From: Candidatus Zhuqueibacterota bacterium
GTDB taxonomy: Bacteria; Zhuqueibacterota; Zhuqueibacteria; Thermofontimicrobiales; Thiofontviventaceae
Reading direction: 5' to 3'
NCBI GenBank assembly: GCA_016931935.1
Contig: JAFGDW010000300.1
Span: forward strand, 55,274 to 119,273
DNA: 64,000 bases
Part shown: positions 47,583 to 56,489 of the stretch, piece after piece
Layout of the letters: every line of letters starts with the position of its first letter
Position numbering within the stretch: position 1 is the stretch's first letter
Translations under genes and position numbers: made by a program
The notes under the pieces: generated by a model
Databases searched by the model: none
Seen by the model: the letters and a program-made list of their open reading frames with translations, nothing else
Told to the model about the DNA's origin: nothing

Positions 47583-47807
47583 TTTATTCCTTTAGCAAAC
47601 AAAACACAAAATAGGAAGCATAGTCATCGCTATGCACTATGCGCCATGCTCTATGCGATAATCACAATTTGCAAGCGCATAATATACATAATAATCCCCA
47701 ATTTTGCAACCGGCAAACTGCACATGTTAAAAATATGTTGCAAATCATTTTGTAAATGCTTATATTTTACAGTAATTAACCACACGTATAACCCAGGGAG
47801 GAAAACC

Positions 47808-48596
47808 ATGAAACAGCTGCTCGGTGTATTTACACTCTTGTTGCTTTCTGTTTCTGTGACATTCGGACAAACACTTTTGGAACAAGCCGATTCGCTGTAC
47901 GATCTGCGAGCGCATGGATTTGACGCAGCGCAATTACTGGCTGATGTAACACCAATTAATAACGCGATTGAAATGTATCAACAGGCGTTGCAAGCGGATG
48001 ATGGGGCGAATAAAGAAGAAATTACCTGGAAATTAATTCGCGCTATTTATTTTAAGGGACGCTATACAACCAAAGATAGCGAAATGAAAAAGAAAATTTA
48101 TGATGAGGGTAAAAATATCGGTGAAGCTGCACTGAAAGAGTTACCCAATTCTGCTGGTATCAATTTATATACGGCGATTGTCTGGGGTGTCTGGGGTGAG
48201 GAGTACGGAATTTTGAAAGCCGCGAAGGAAGGCGTTGCCGGAAAAATCAAAGACTATTGCGAACGCTCCATTGATGCTGATCCGGCTTTTGATGAGGCAG
48301 GCGGTTACCGTGTGCTCGGCCGCGTCTATTTCAAAGCGCCGAAAATCTGGCCGATCTTGCGTTGGCCATCCAAATCCGAGGCTGTGAAAATTTTAGAAAA
48401 AGGCCGTGAACTTGCACCCGAAAATTTGGCCACCCAGCAATTTCTGGCGGAAGCGCTTCATGCTGAAGATCAGAAAGATCGCGCCGTGGATATGCTTGAA
48501 GAAATTCTGGCTGTGGATGACGTAAGGGAAGGGATTGTGGAAGACGCGGTTTTAAAGGACGAGGTAAAAGGTATTCTTGCCGATTGGCAAAAATAA
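47808..48596 (+). CDS. Hypothetical secreted alpha-helical (TPR-like) protein
   Basis: Start moved to the internal MKQLLGVFTLLLLSVSVTFGQ (signal peptide; GGGAGG RBS at 47795-800). The 81 codons upstream in the track ORF lack any coding signature. Confidence 0.5.
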   Translation: MKQLLGVFTLLLLSVSVTFGQTLLEQADSLYDLRAHGFDAAQLLADVTPINNAIEMYQQALQADDGANKEEITWKLIRAIYFKGRYTTKDSEMKKKIYDEGKNIGEAALKELPNSAGINLYTAIVWGVWGEEYGILKAAKEGVAGKIKDYCERSIDADPAFDEAGGYRVLGRVYFKAPKIWPILRWPSKSEAVKILEKGRELAPENLATQQFLAEALHAEDQKDRAVDMLEEILAVDDVREGIVEDAVLKDEVKGILADWQK

Positions 48597-48632
48597 TTAG
48601 TTTGGTTTTCAAAATAGAGTTGTGGATTGATA

Positions 48633-48669
48633 AACCAGGTTTCTTATAGAAGCCTGGTTTTTATTTTTT
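48633..48669. terminator. Bidirectional rho-independent terminator between convergent genes
   Basis: aaaccaggtttc(48633-44)/gaagcctggttt(48649-60) hairpin with one G·U pair. T-runs on both strands. Confidence 0.5.
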
Positions 48670-49638
48670 ATCTCCCCTGCCGCATAAATGATCAAATATC
48701 TTCACTGCCTGATCGCGGGAATTTTCAATTAAGTATTTGCCCGTACGCATACCGCCACAAACAACGCCCGCAAGATAACAACCCGGAACGTTCGTCTCAT
48801 GTGTCCCCGGATGAAAAGCCGGCGCCTTTATATCATCGTTGGAAATTTCAATTCCGATCGATGTTAGCAATTGATAATCCGGATGATAACCGGTTAATGC
48901 CAACACAAAATCATTCTCCAGTGTGAATACACCGTTTGGTCCATTCACATCGATTGTCTTCTCATGAATCGCTGTCACCTCCGTATTGTAATATGCTTTA
49001 ATACGGCCTTCTTCAATACGATTAAGAATATCAGGACGAATCCAGTATTTTATGCCGTGACTTAATTCAGCCTCGCGTACAATCAACGTCACATCCACTA
49101 ACCGACGGCAGCCTTCAAGCGCGGCTTGCGCTGCCGAATTGGCGCCGCCAATGATTGCCAGTTTTTGAAACGCATACGGATGAACATCCCGAAAATAGTG
49201 ACTCACCTTCGGCAACTGTTCTCCGGGAATACCCAACATATTCGGCTGATCGTAAAAGCCGGTAGCAATTATCACAGCGTTCGCTCGGTAGCTCCCGTTG
49301 TCCGATTCAATTTCAAAGCCATCATCACTTCGTTTGACTCTAATTACTCTCTCATAAGAATGGATATTCAATTGCCACGCGGCTGCCACACGCCGATAAT
49401 ATTCCAGCGCTTCGCTACGTACCGCTTTATCACCATGGGAAACAAACGGAATATCGCCAATTTCCAATCGATCCGAAGTAGAGAAAAAAATCATGTTCGT
49501 AGGGAAATGATACAGCGAATTGACCAGGCACCCTTTTTCAAGAATCAGATGAGAACGCTTTCTCCGTTTCGCCTCAATGCCGCAGGTCAGGCCGATCGGC
49601 CCGGCGCCGATAATAATAATGTCATATTTCACAGTCAC
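48661..49638 (-). CDS. YpdA-family putative bacillithiol disulfide reductase (FAD/NAD(P)-binding pyridine nucleotide-disulfide oxidoreductase)
   Basis: 325 aa. YDIIIIGAGPIGLTCGIEAKRR Rossmann fold, EKGCLVNSLYHFPTNMIFFSTSDRLEIGDIPF (YpdA-type signature), a second GxGxxA site (IIGGANSAAQAA), and ~325 aa length. Confidence 0.65.
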   Translation of the reverse strand: MTVKYDIIIIGAGPIGLTCGIEAKRRKRSHLILEKGCLVNSLYHFPTNMIFFSTSDRLEIGDIPFVSHGDKAVRSEALEYYRRVAAAWQLNIHSYERVIRVKRSDDGFEIESDNGSYRANAVIIATGFYDQPNMLGIPGEQLPKVSHYFRDVHPYAFQKLAIIGGANSAAQAALEGCRRLVDVTLIVREAELSHGIKYWIRPDILNRIEEGRIKAYYNTEVTAIHEKTIDVNGPNGVFTLENDFVLALTGYHPDYQLLTSIGIEISNDDIKAPAFHPGTHETNVPGCYLAGVVCGGMRTGKYLIENSRDQAVKIFDHLCGRGDKK

Positions 49639-49767
49639 ATCCTGAATGTTTGTTTACGATAATTTTCATGGATTAAAATTTCATGCAAAGTCAAGCGACG
49701 GTATCTCATCAAGCGAGACTATCACTTAATTTCCTTTATTAAAAATTGAATCATATCAAGCTTATTA

Positions 49768-49812
49768 AACAAAAAAGCATGGCCGCAGGTTCATTTTCCC
49801 CTTGGCCATGCT
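49768..49812 (-). terminator. Rho-independent terminator downstream of the first PilX-like gene
   Basis: agcatggcc(49776-84)/ggccatgct(49804-12), 9-bp GC-rich stem. On the minus strand it is followed by ttttttgttt. Confidence 0.55.
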
Positions 49813-49841
49813 TATAAAATTCGCTGTATTTATAAAATAAT

Positions 49842-50762
49842 TTAATCGTTCCAGGAAAGTATTTTCATTATTTTTTTACTGCCGCCTACATCACCAAACA
49901 ATTCCAGGTACTCCGGATTATATTGAATCGACACATGATTTCCGGTACCGGAAATGTCACCATTGGCCAAAATGCCGCCTACAACAGAACTCTCTGATGG
50001 AGAACCTCCACCGGTAAAATCCATTTCATAAATAACTTCTGATGTCGGATTTAACATATAAAGTACGCCTTCTACACGTGCAGATCCATTAATAACTATA
50101 TCTTTTTCCACGATAAAAATGCCATAAATATGTGTTCCACCACTGACTTTCATATCGCCTTTAATGTAGGTAATATTGGGAATTCCGGCTGCAGAATCGG
50201 CGTAAAAACTGCCATTGGGATATCCATCAGGAGGTTTGACCAGATCATTTGGATCGCCAAAATAATGCCCCTGAGAATCTGCCTTTGTTGCGAGGCCAAG
50301 AATATCAATGTATGGCATTTCACTGGCATTTGTCACCATGAGTGTGCTGTCGACATTGCGATTTTCGTCGAGCGGGGTAACTTTGTCAACATCACCGGTA
50401 GCATAAATTGCTTGCAGACCGACTTCAGATGTCAATTTCAAATCAACAGATACCTGATTCGTATAACTAGCCACATGTCCGACAGAAGTAAGACGCACAA
50501 GCGAATCCATATCATTGATACTTACTTCAAACGAGCCCTCATTACTGGACGTTTCATCGTACCCATCCCGCCAGTTAAAATTGCGTGAGATTTTTGAGAG
50601 TGCAAGGTTCATTCCGGATGTTGCCATATTCAAAGCGCCAATCTGTCCATATTCTTCAACCATTTGTTCGTGCTGCATTGACATACGATTTTGCTGGGTC
50701 ATCAATCCGGATGTAATTGTAAAGCTGATCCCTGCTAAAATGAGGAGTATTGCTTTTCCCAT
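49842..50762 (-). CDS. PilX-like (type IV pilus minor-pilin/assembly, PilX_N-like) membrane-anchored protein, paralog A
   Basis: 306 aa. N-terminal anchor MGKAILLILAGISFTITSGLM, followed by ...ALNMATSGMNLALSKI (PilX_N-like A..AEaG..A helix). C-terminus VEGVLYMLNP...GGGSPSESSVVGGILANGDISGTGNHVSIQYNPEYLE is typical of PilX-like proteins. No prepilin-peptidase G/FTLIE motif. Confidence 0.4.
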   Translation of the reverse strand: MGKAILLILAGISFTITSGLMTQQNRMSMQHEQMVEEYGQIGALNMATSGMNLALSKISRNFNWRDGYDETSSNEGSFEVSINDMDSLVRLTSVGHVASYTNQVSVDLKLTSEVGLQAIYATGDVDKVTPLDENRNVDSTLMVTNASEMPYIDILGLATKADSQGHYFGDPNDLVKPPDGYPNGSFYADSAAGIPNITYIKGDMKVSGGTHIYGIFIVEKDIVINGSARVEGVLYMLNPTSEVIYEMDFTGGGSPSESSVVGGILANGDISGTGNHVSIQYNPEYLELFGDVGGSKKIMKILSWND

Positions 50763-51203
50763 AACACGTCCCCCTTGAGTTTACCAAACACCATTATCAT
50801 TTTTTGTGTGTTTAAATTACAAAACGATAAATTTGATTGTGAATATCATTAATTACCATTTATTTAGACACAATTTAAGAATCGACTTCGAATGGTTACT
50901 AAATCACAACCTGTTTTCATTTTGCCATTGCTATTCAAAATTAAAACATAATGGGACACCATTTTGCTGTAATGGGAAAAGCGAAAAAATGTGGACTGCC
51001 ATTTTAAAACAATTAATTGAGCTGATTTTATAAATGACAGAAAGCAGTACTATCATTATGCCTTAAGGTCGCGCTTAAATTCACCTCCCTTCGCTGAATG
51101 GATCATTGGCTTTTACGGAATTTAAAATTATCAATTAAAATACATAATCATAACCTAGCAAGTAACGCCTAGTCGACTTAATAAACATTTGTAATAATTA
51201 TGA

Positions 51204-52118
51204 TTAATCTTTCCAGGTAAGAATTTGCATAACTCTCTTGCTCTGCCCAATCGAGCCAAATAATTCCATGTATTCTGGCTTATATTGTACCGAAATATGA
51301 CTTCCAGTTCCGGATACATTGGCGTTTGCCAATACCCCACCAACCACAGAGCTCTCTTCAGGGGTACCACCACCTAATGCTGTCAAATCGTAATAAACTT
51401 TTGCGGTAGGATTAAGTAAATACAAAACTCCTTCGACACGAGCTGATCCGTAAAGGATAATATCCTTTTCAACAAGAAAAATTCCGTATATTCTACTTCC
51501 ACCCTGAACTTTCAGAGTACCTTTGATATATGTAACATTCGGAACGTTCCCGACCTTATAAAAACTCCAGTTTGGGTAGCCGTCGTAAGGTTTGATTATA
51601 GCAGACGGGTCTCCAAAAAATTGGTATTGACTTACTGATAATTGTATCAACGGGACCAGATTTAACAATGGCATGGCATCGGCATCCTGAATCAATAAGG
51701 TGCTATCGACATTTCGATGCTCATCCAAAGGTATGACGTTATCTACCGTCGCCGTCGAATAAATCGCATATCGTCCGGCTTCTGTGGTTAATCGTACATC
51801 CACCTGAACTTTATTGCTAGCACCTGATGAATGACCTGTCGACGTAATCCTTACGAGTGAATCCATGTCATTGACTTGCACATCAAATGACCCTGATGAA
51901 ACTGAAGTCTCGCTATAACCTTCCCGCCACGTATAATCACGTTTAATTTTAGAAAGCGCCAGATTCATCCCCGAAGTTGCCAAATTCTTTGCGGCTAATT
52001 CTTCGTATTGTTCAACAACAATTTCATTTTGTTCGCTGATCTGTTTTTGGTGATTTACCAATCTGGTTGAAAAAGTAAAACCAAGACCAGCAATTATCAT
52101 TAACATTGCTTTGCCCAT
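51204..52118 (-). CDS. PilX-like membrane-anchored protein, paralog B (~55% aa identity to paralog A)
   Basis: 304 aa, same architecture. Shares LATSGMNLALSKI..., SGSF.V.VNDMDSLVR.TS.GH, NVDSTL, NVTYIKG.LKV.GG..IYGIF.VEKDI...GSARVEGVLY.LNPT and ESSVVGG.LAN...SGTG.H.S.QY.PEY.ELFG with paralog A. Confidence 0.4.
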   Translation of the reverse strand: MGKAMLMIIAGLGFTFSTRLVNHQKQISEQNEIVVEQYEELAAKNLATSGMNLALSKIKRDYTWREGYSETSVSSGSFDVQVNDMDSLVRITSTGHSSGASNKVQVDVRLTTEAGRYAIYSTATVDNVIPLDEHRNVDSTLLIQDADAMPLLNLVPLIQLSVSQYQFFGDPSAIIKPYDGYPNWSFYKVGNVPNVTYIKGTLKVQGGSRIYGIFLVEKDIILYGSARVEGVLYLLNPTAKVYYDLTALGGGTPEESSVVGGVLANANVSGTGSHISVQYKPEYMELFGSIGQSKRVMQILTWKD

Positions 52119-52399
52119 AACCGACCCCCATCTTCTTCACGACAATGTTATTATTTTTAGTATCTTCTCAATATGTAATGGAGTGAACCTGCTTAATATT
52201 CACATTTCCAAACAAAATAGTGAGTGAAACGTGAGACGAAAAAATCATTCCGAAATTCACGTAACCGCCAAATATTGAAAAGATACAAATTCGTTAATCT
52301 TTAAAAGAACAGTGTATTCAGCATTTATTTGCCGAAGATATCCTGGAAACATGAACACTTTAACTATACAGACAAACTGTCGAGGTTGCGAAGTTATAT

Positions 52400-53071
52400 T
52401 TAGTTAACATTTGTATTCGTCAATGGTACGAAGACTGTATCATGCACCGACTTATAAATATAAATACAATCGCGGTAGACGGTATCGGTTTCCGCTTTAA
52501 TATATTCTACCATTTTATCCGGTAGTCGCGCTGCCTGGTCAGGTATTTCCATCAGGCGATTTTCATTATAACTCCACAACTCAAAAATCACCGTTGAGGT
52601 ATCCCGTTCAAACCGGATTTTAATAGGATAATCTTTGTAATTCTTGTTCAGGCCAGTAAGAATCGATCCGAAAATATTGTACGCCGGTCGATTATTTTCA
52701 TAATCTTCCAAAATACTAATATCTTTATTTTGAGCGGTGATTTGAAAGTTCGCAGTAAATTTCCACTGGTTCATTTTCGCCTGTGCCTTATCGCTGACAT
52801 ACTGAAGAAAATAAATTTGATCCGATGGATACAGCCGTACAATATCATTTTCCCCAAAACCATTCAGGCTGACGTCGATGATATCCATGCGCGTCACCAG
52901 CGTTTCGGGAATAAAAAATTCATCGAGAAAAAATTTGATAAGCTTACCGTCTTGAATCGTGACCAACGGTACACTGGTTTGATTGACAATTAATTCATCG
53001 CCGGCGTGAACCGAAATTGTTTGAATCAAGAATATAGTACTAATAAAAAAAAGTACGATCATTGATCGCAT
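52400..53071 (-). CDS. Hypothetical secreted protein (last gene of the exbBD-containing operon)
   Basis: Start set at MRSMIVLFFISTIFLIQTISVHA (signal peptide), 10 nt after the upstream gene's stop. The track ORF extends 43 codons further into the neighbouring gene. Confidence 0.45.
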   Translation of the reverse strand: MRSMIVLFFISTIFLIQTISVHAGDELIVNQTSVPLVTIQDGKLIKFFLDEFFIPETLVTRMDIIDVSLNGFGENDIVRLYPSDQIYFLQYVSDKAQAKMNQWKFTANFQITAQNKDISILEDYENNRPAYNIFGSILTGLNKNYKDYPIKIRFERDTSTVIFELWSYNENRLMEIPDQAARLPDKMVEYIKAETDTVYRDCIYIYKSVHDTVFVPLTNTNVN

Positions 53072-53081
53072 TTCGTGCTCC

Positions 53082-54119
53082 TTATCGCATGGTTTTCGTT
53101 TTTGCAGTTGTCCACCATGATAAAAATATTTTATAAAAATCTTCGGTGACTTCAGGGGTGGGTGTTTTTTGTTGGGAAATAAATGATGAAATCGTGCCAT
53201 CAGCAGCCCGTTTGATTGAGCCCAGCCGTAAGTAGTTGCTTTTCTCTTTCAATCCGCTATCGATGAGCAGCGTTAAATTATTTCGTTCGATTAAACAAAT
53301 TCGAATTTCCAAAATATTTATTTTGCACAGCAAAAACAACTCGTATACTTTTGAATTTATTTCAAACCGCGTATGTGACGTAAGATTTCCCGGCTCATAA
53401 TTTAAAAACCGTTTAAACACACTGCTAAATACCACGGGATTCGATTGCATCCACTGAATCAATTCGTGAATAATTGGCGATAAATCCTTTTCGTTTTCCT
53501 TAATGTCATCCGGGCGCAATTCAATTTTTATAATTTCCGCATCGGGGATTGCCTTGTCTACTTCCAATTTGTTAAATTGCGTTGGTGCAACAAACCGGAA
53601 TGCCTGCAAATCCAGCGGGGTGTCATCCGGCAAATCGACGATAATTTGTGGCACCTGTCCGGCTTCGGGAAACGGCACATCGTGCAGACTGGCGTATTCG
53701 GCCTGCTGCATCGAGACATTTACCTGATTCTTTGGCTGTTGATGCCGGGCGAACTGCATTTGCCGATCCACTCGCTCAGTCTGTGGAACAGCCAGCGCCT
53801 GGTATGTTTTACGGGGAAGGTCCAGCTTGCTGGTGATGTCCGCATCCAGCGATTCAATTGACGGGATAATAATTGCATTGTCGCGGTATCGCGTGATTTT
53901 GTCATCGGGCTGCGGTAATCGTGAATGGCCGGTTTTCTTTGGCGTTGTTTCTTCAATATGAAAAATTGTCCAGTCGATTTCTTTCTGTGGTGCACGAAAC
54001 AGATACTTCCCCGGAGATACCCGGATTCCGGCGAGTAACAAGTAGGTAAAAATCAACCCGATCATTAATATAAGATCGCAGATGCGTTTTTCTATTTTAA
54101 CACGATCACTAAATTTCAT
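53082..54119 (-). CDS. Membrane-anchored hypothetical protein in the TonB position of an exbB-exbD-exbD operon, with no recognisable TonB C-terminal domain
   Basis: 345 aa. N-terminal TM ICDLILMIGLIFTYLLLAGI and a modestly Pro/Gln-rich middle. Its start overlaps the exbD stop by 11 nt. Confidence 0.45.
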   Translation of the reverse strand: MKFSDRVKIEKRICDLILMIGLIFTYLLLAGIRVSPGKYLFRAPQKEIDWTIFHIEETTPKKTGHSRLPQPDDKITRYRDNAIIIPSIESLDADITSKLDLPRKTYQALAVPQTERVDRQMQFARHQQPKNQVNVSMQQAEYASLHDVPFPEAGQVPQIIVDLPDDTPLDLQAFRFVAPTQFNKLEVDKAIPDAEIIKIELRPDDIKENEKDLSPIIHELIQWMQSNPVVFSSVFKRFLNYEPGNLTSHTRFEINSKVYELFLLCKINILEIRICLIERNNLTLLIDSGLKEKSNYLRLGSIKRAADGTISSFISQQKTPTPEVTEDFYKIFLSWWTTAKTKTMR

Positions 54120-54510
54120 AATGAATGCTCTTGGGAATGCCGTTCATTTCACACAGGTCAATCAGATCGACGGTTGTTTGAATCATTGTATTTTCGTCCG
54201 GGTAGATTATCACCATCATATCCATGCCCTGCGCACGCCAATCGTCACGCACACGCTGGATCAATGCATCGACATCGGATATTTTGGTGATCAATGGCCA
54301 AAAGGTATCACCGCATGATAGCTGGAATTCGGTATCGCTATTAACGCGAATGGTTAATACCTGTCGTTTGACAATCGCCGGACTTTCGTTTCCACCGGTA
54401 GGAAGTTTAATTTGGGTTTTGACAGTAAAATCGGAAATACCGATAAAACCGAGTAATAATATCAACACAACATCAATTAACCGAATGATGAGACCACCTT
54501 TGCTGAACAT
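54109..54510 (-). CDS. exbD: ExbD/TolR biopolymer transport protein
   Basis: 133 aa. GGLIIRLIDVVLILLLGFIG TM plus an ExbD periplasmic domain. Confidence 0.8.
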   Translation of the reverse strand: MFSKGGLIIRLIDVVLILLLGFIGISDFTVKTQIKLPTGGNESPAIVKRQVLTIRVNSDTEFQLSCGDTFWPLITKISDVDALIQRVRDDWRAQGMDMMVIIYPDENTMIQTTVDLIDLCEMNGIPKSIHYEI

Positions 54511-54567
54511 ATGTAAATGACTCCTGATATTGTCTATTTAATATTTCACAGATACAAAATGCCCGAC

Positions 54568-54966
54568 TCATTTCCCTTTCCGAATCACATCAATGCCTTT
54601 CAGCAACTGCCGCTGATCACAAAGGTTTGCCAGTGCGATGGTGTATTTTATCGGCGTATCCCAATTCGCGCGAATTTGCACCCGTGGCCGTTTTTCAGAA
54701 TCTTCCAGGCCAGCGAGCTGTTTGTCTATATAGCCAACAAGTTCATCATGGGACGTGAGCGTTTGCGTTTCATTGTCCACAAGAAAATTCCCATCCCGAT
54801 TAATCCCGATAATTAAGGTTTCCCCGTTTGACGGATTGGTAAGTGGCGTGGCTTCACTCGTTGGCAGCTCAATTTGACTATGCCGACTGATTTCACTAAT
54901 GGAAATAAAACCAAATAACAGAATCAGCACCACATCAATCAGCCGAACGATTATTCCACCTTTTTG
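54568..54966 (-). CDS. exbD: ExbD/TolR biopolymer transport protein (second copy)
   Basis: Start at MQKGGIIVRLIDVVLILLFGFISI. Paralog of the downstream exbD. Confidence 0.8.
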   Translation of the reverse strand, partial: QKGGIIVRLIDVVLILLFGFISISEISRHSQIELPTSEATPLTNPSNGETLIIGINRDGNFLVDNETQTLTSHDELVGYIDKQLAGLEDSEKRPRVQIRANWDTPIKYTIALANLCDQRQLLKGIDVIRKGK

Positions 54967-54970
54967 CATG

Positions 54971-56473
54971 CTATTGCCCCAATACTTCAAATTCTATTTT
55001 GGAACGACGCAAGCCCTTGGCGGTCACAACGATTGAATTGAATCCCGGCTCGGTATTCAGTGTGAAATAACTTTTGGCATATCCGTTTGAATCGGTTTGT
55101 GCAACATAACTATTGCGATTGCCCGGGAAGTACCCTTTCCCCATTTTGACTTTAAAAAGCACAGTTTCATTGGGAATCGGATTCTTGAAACAATCGAGTA
55201 ACTGGACAACAAACGGTTCACCAATTTCCCGACCTGCGGGTAAATTTTGATGATTCCCGGATACATATTTTAGCTCGGATGGATCTGCCGGACGCCCCAG
55301 TGCTTCAAACTGGACAAATTTACCGTTATTGTTCAGCCGGGCATTCACAATATTAGTACCGGCAACATTGCCCAGTGTCAGATATGTTTCCGCCAGCCCT
55401 GCTTCATCGGTCAAAATTTCTTCAACTTTATTGCCGTTTTTAAATGTACCGTTGCCATTTTCAATTTTGAAAGTAACCAGTTGATGGATCATACTGTTTC
55501 CGTCTTCATCGTGTACTTTTACCTGCAACGGTTTTTTAAGACGTGTATTCACGGGCGCCGCCTGATGATCTCCGGCCAGCGGTGCAATTGTCAGGTGCTT
55601 CGGCACGGATTCCGGTTCCGGCGTGACTTTTTTCTCGGAAGTAAATAAGTTCTCATCTTCAAAATCATTAATCTCTGCTGCTTCATGTTGCGGCGCTTGA
55701 TAGCGGAAACCTTGTTGCTGGGAGATGAGCAACCGCAATCTCAATTCTTCACCTTTAGTCAGAATCGTATCCATCTGTTTGCGAAATGCACCCTGCAATT
55801 GGGTTGAGAAAAAATTCAAAACAATACTGACGACCAATCCCATCAACGTGGTGACGAGCGCCAGTCCCATTCCATGGAGTATCACTTGATTGTCGAGATT
55901 TCCACGGAAAAATGTAACGAACATTCCCCAGACAGTTCCCAACAAACCGAGCGCCCCGGCGGTATCCGATAAGAACGATATTTTCGATTGGAATGTGCTG
56001 AATTTATCCTGCTGTAACTGAACATGATTGGTTATTTCGTAATGGGCATCGACCGCCGAATTTGTCGAGCGATACACATTCAGCATGTTCATGTATAGCT
56101 GATGGAGTAAATTATTCGGTGTATTTTGTACTGTCTGTTCGATATGCCGGAGCGATGCCGCTTTTGTATTCAATTCTAGAATATCTTTTGATCGGCGTTT
56201 GTCCATAAGTAAATCGGCATATCTGTAAAGCATTGTGGCTAAGCCAGCGACCAAAACCAGGATAATCACCCAGCGTAATCCACCAGCCAGTCGGGTGATT
56301 TCCCAAATCGATTTAAAATCGGATAACCGGGTTAAAGAGCCGGGATCGACCACTTGAGCAGCGGCAACATCGAGCGTCGAATCGATTGCTGCTGCCGCCG
56401 GGGCGTCCTGGCAGAATCCTTGTGAAGTCACAAGGATTATAAACATCATGAATAGAAATGCAACGCGCTGCAT
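54971..56473 (-). CDS. MotA/TolQ/ExbB proton-channel family protein with a ~230-aa C-terminal extension containing two Ig-like (Big/invasin-like) domains
   Basis: Start at MQRVAF (signal peptide). Three TMs with the ExbB signature AGALGLLGTVWGMFVTFF / GMGLALVTTLMGLVVSIVLNFF. C-terminus LQVKVHDEDGNSMIHQLVTFKIENGNGTF...EILTDEAGLAETYLTLGNVAGTNIV... and a second similar unit ...TVLFKVKMGKGYF...AQTDSNGYAKSYFTL...NSIVVTAKG resemble Big_1-type beta-sandwiches. Confidence 0.7.
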   Translation of the reverse strand: MQRVAFLFMMFIILVTSQGFCQDAPAAAAIDSTLDVAAAQVVDPGSLTRLSDFKSIWEITRLAGGLRWVIILVLVAGLATMLYRYADLLMDKRRSKDILELNTKAASLRHIEQTVQNTPNNLLHQLYMNMLNVYRSTNSAVDAHYEITNHVQLQQDKFSTFQSKISFLSDTAGALGLLGTVWGMFVTFFRGNLDNQVILHGMGLALVTTLMGLVVSIVLNFFSTQLQGAFRKQMDTILTKGEELRLRLLISQQQGFRYQAPQHEAAEINDFEDENLFTSEKKVTPEPESVPKHLTIAPLAGDHQAAPVNTRLKKPLQVKVHDEDGNSMIHQLVTFKIENGNGTFKNGNKVEEILTDEAGLAETYLTLGNVAGTNIVNARLNNNGKFVQFEALGRPADPSELKYVSGNHQNLPAGREIGEPFVVQLLDCFKNPIPNETVLFKVKMGKGYFPGNRNSYVAQTDSNGYAKSYFTLNTEPGFNSIVVTAKGLRRSKIEFEVLGQ

Positions 56474-56489
56474 GTCAATCTCCTTAATT

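Noticed and set aside
47565-47807. 81-codon N-terminal extension of track ORF 47565..48596, overlapping the divergent MFS gene start
   Set aside because: A signal peptide and strong RBS appear at the internal Met (47808). The upstream portion overlaps the MFS start codon region on the other strand and has no coding character.
50806-51033. 75-aa plus-strand ORF in the spacer between the two PilX-like genes
   Set aside because: AT-rich, Cys/Asn/Leu-biased translation, no RBS, opposite strand to all neighbouring genes. More likely promoter DNA for paralog A.
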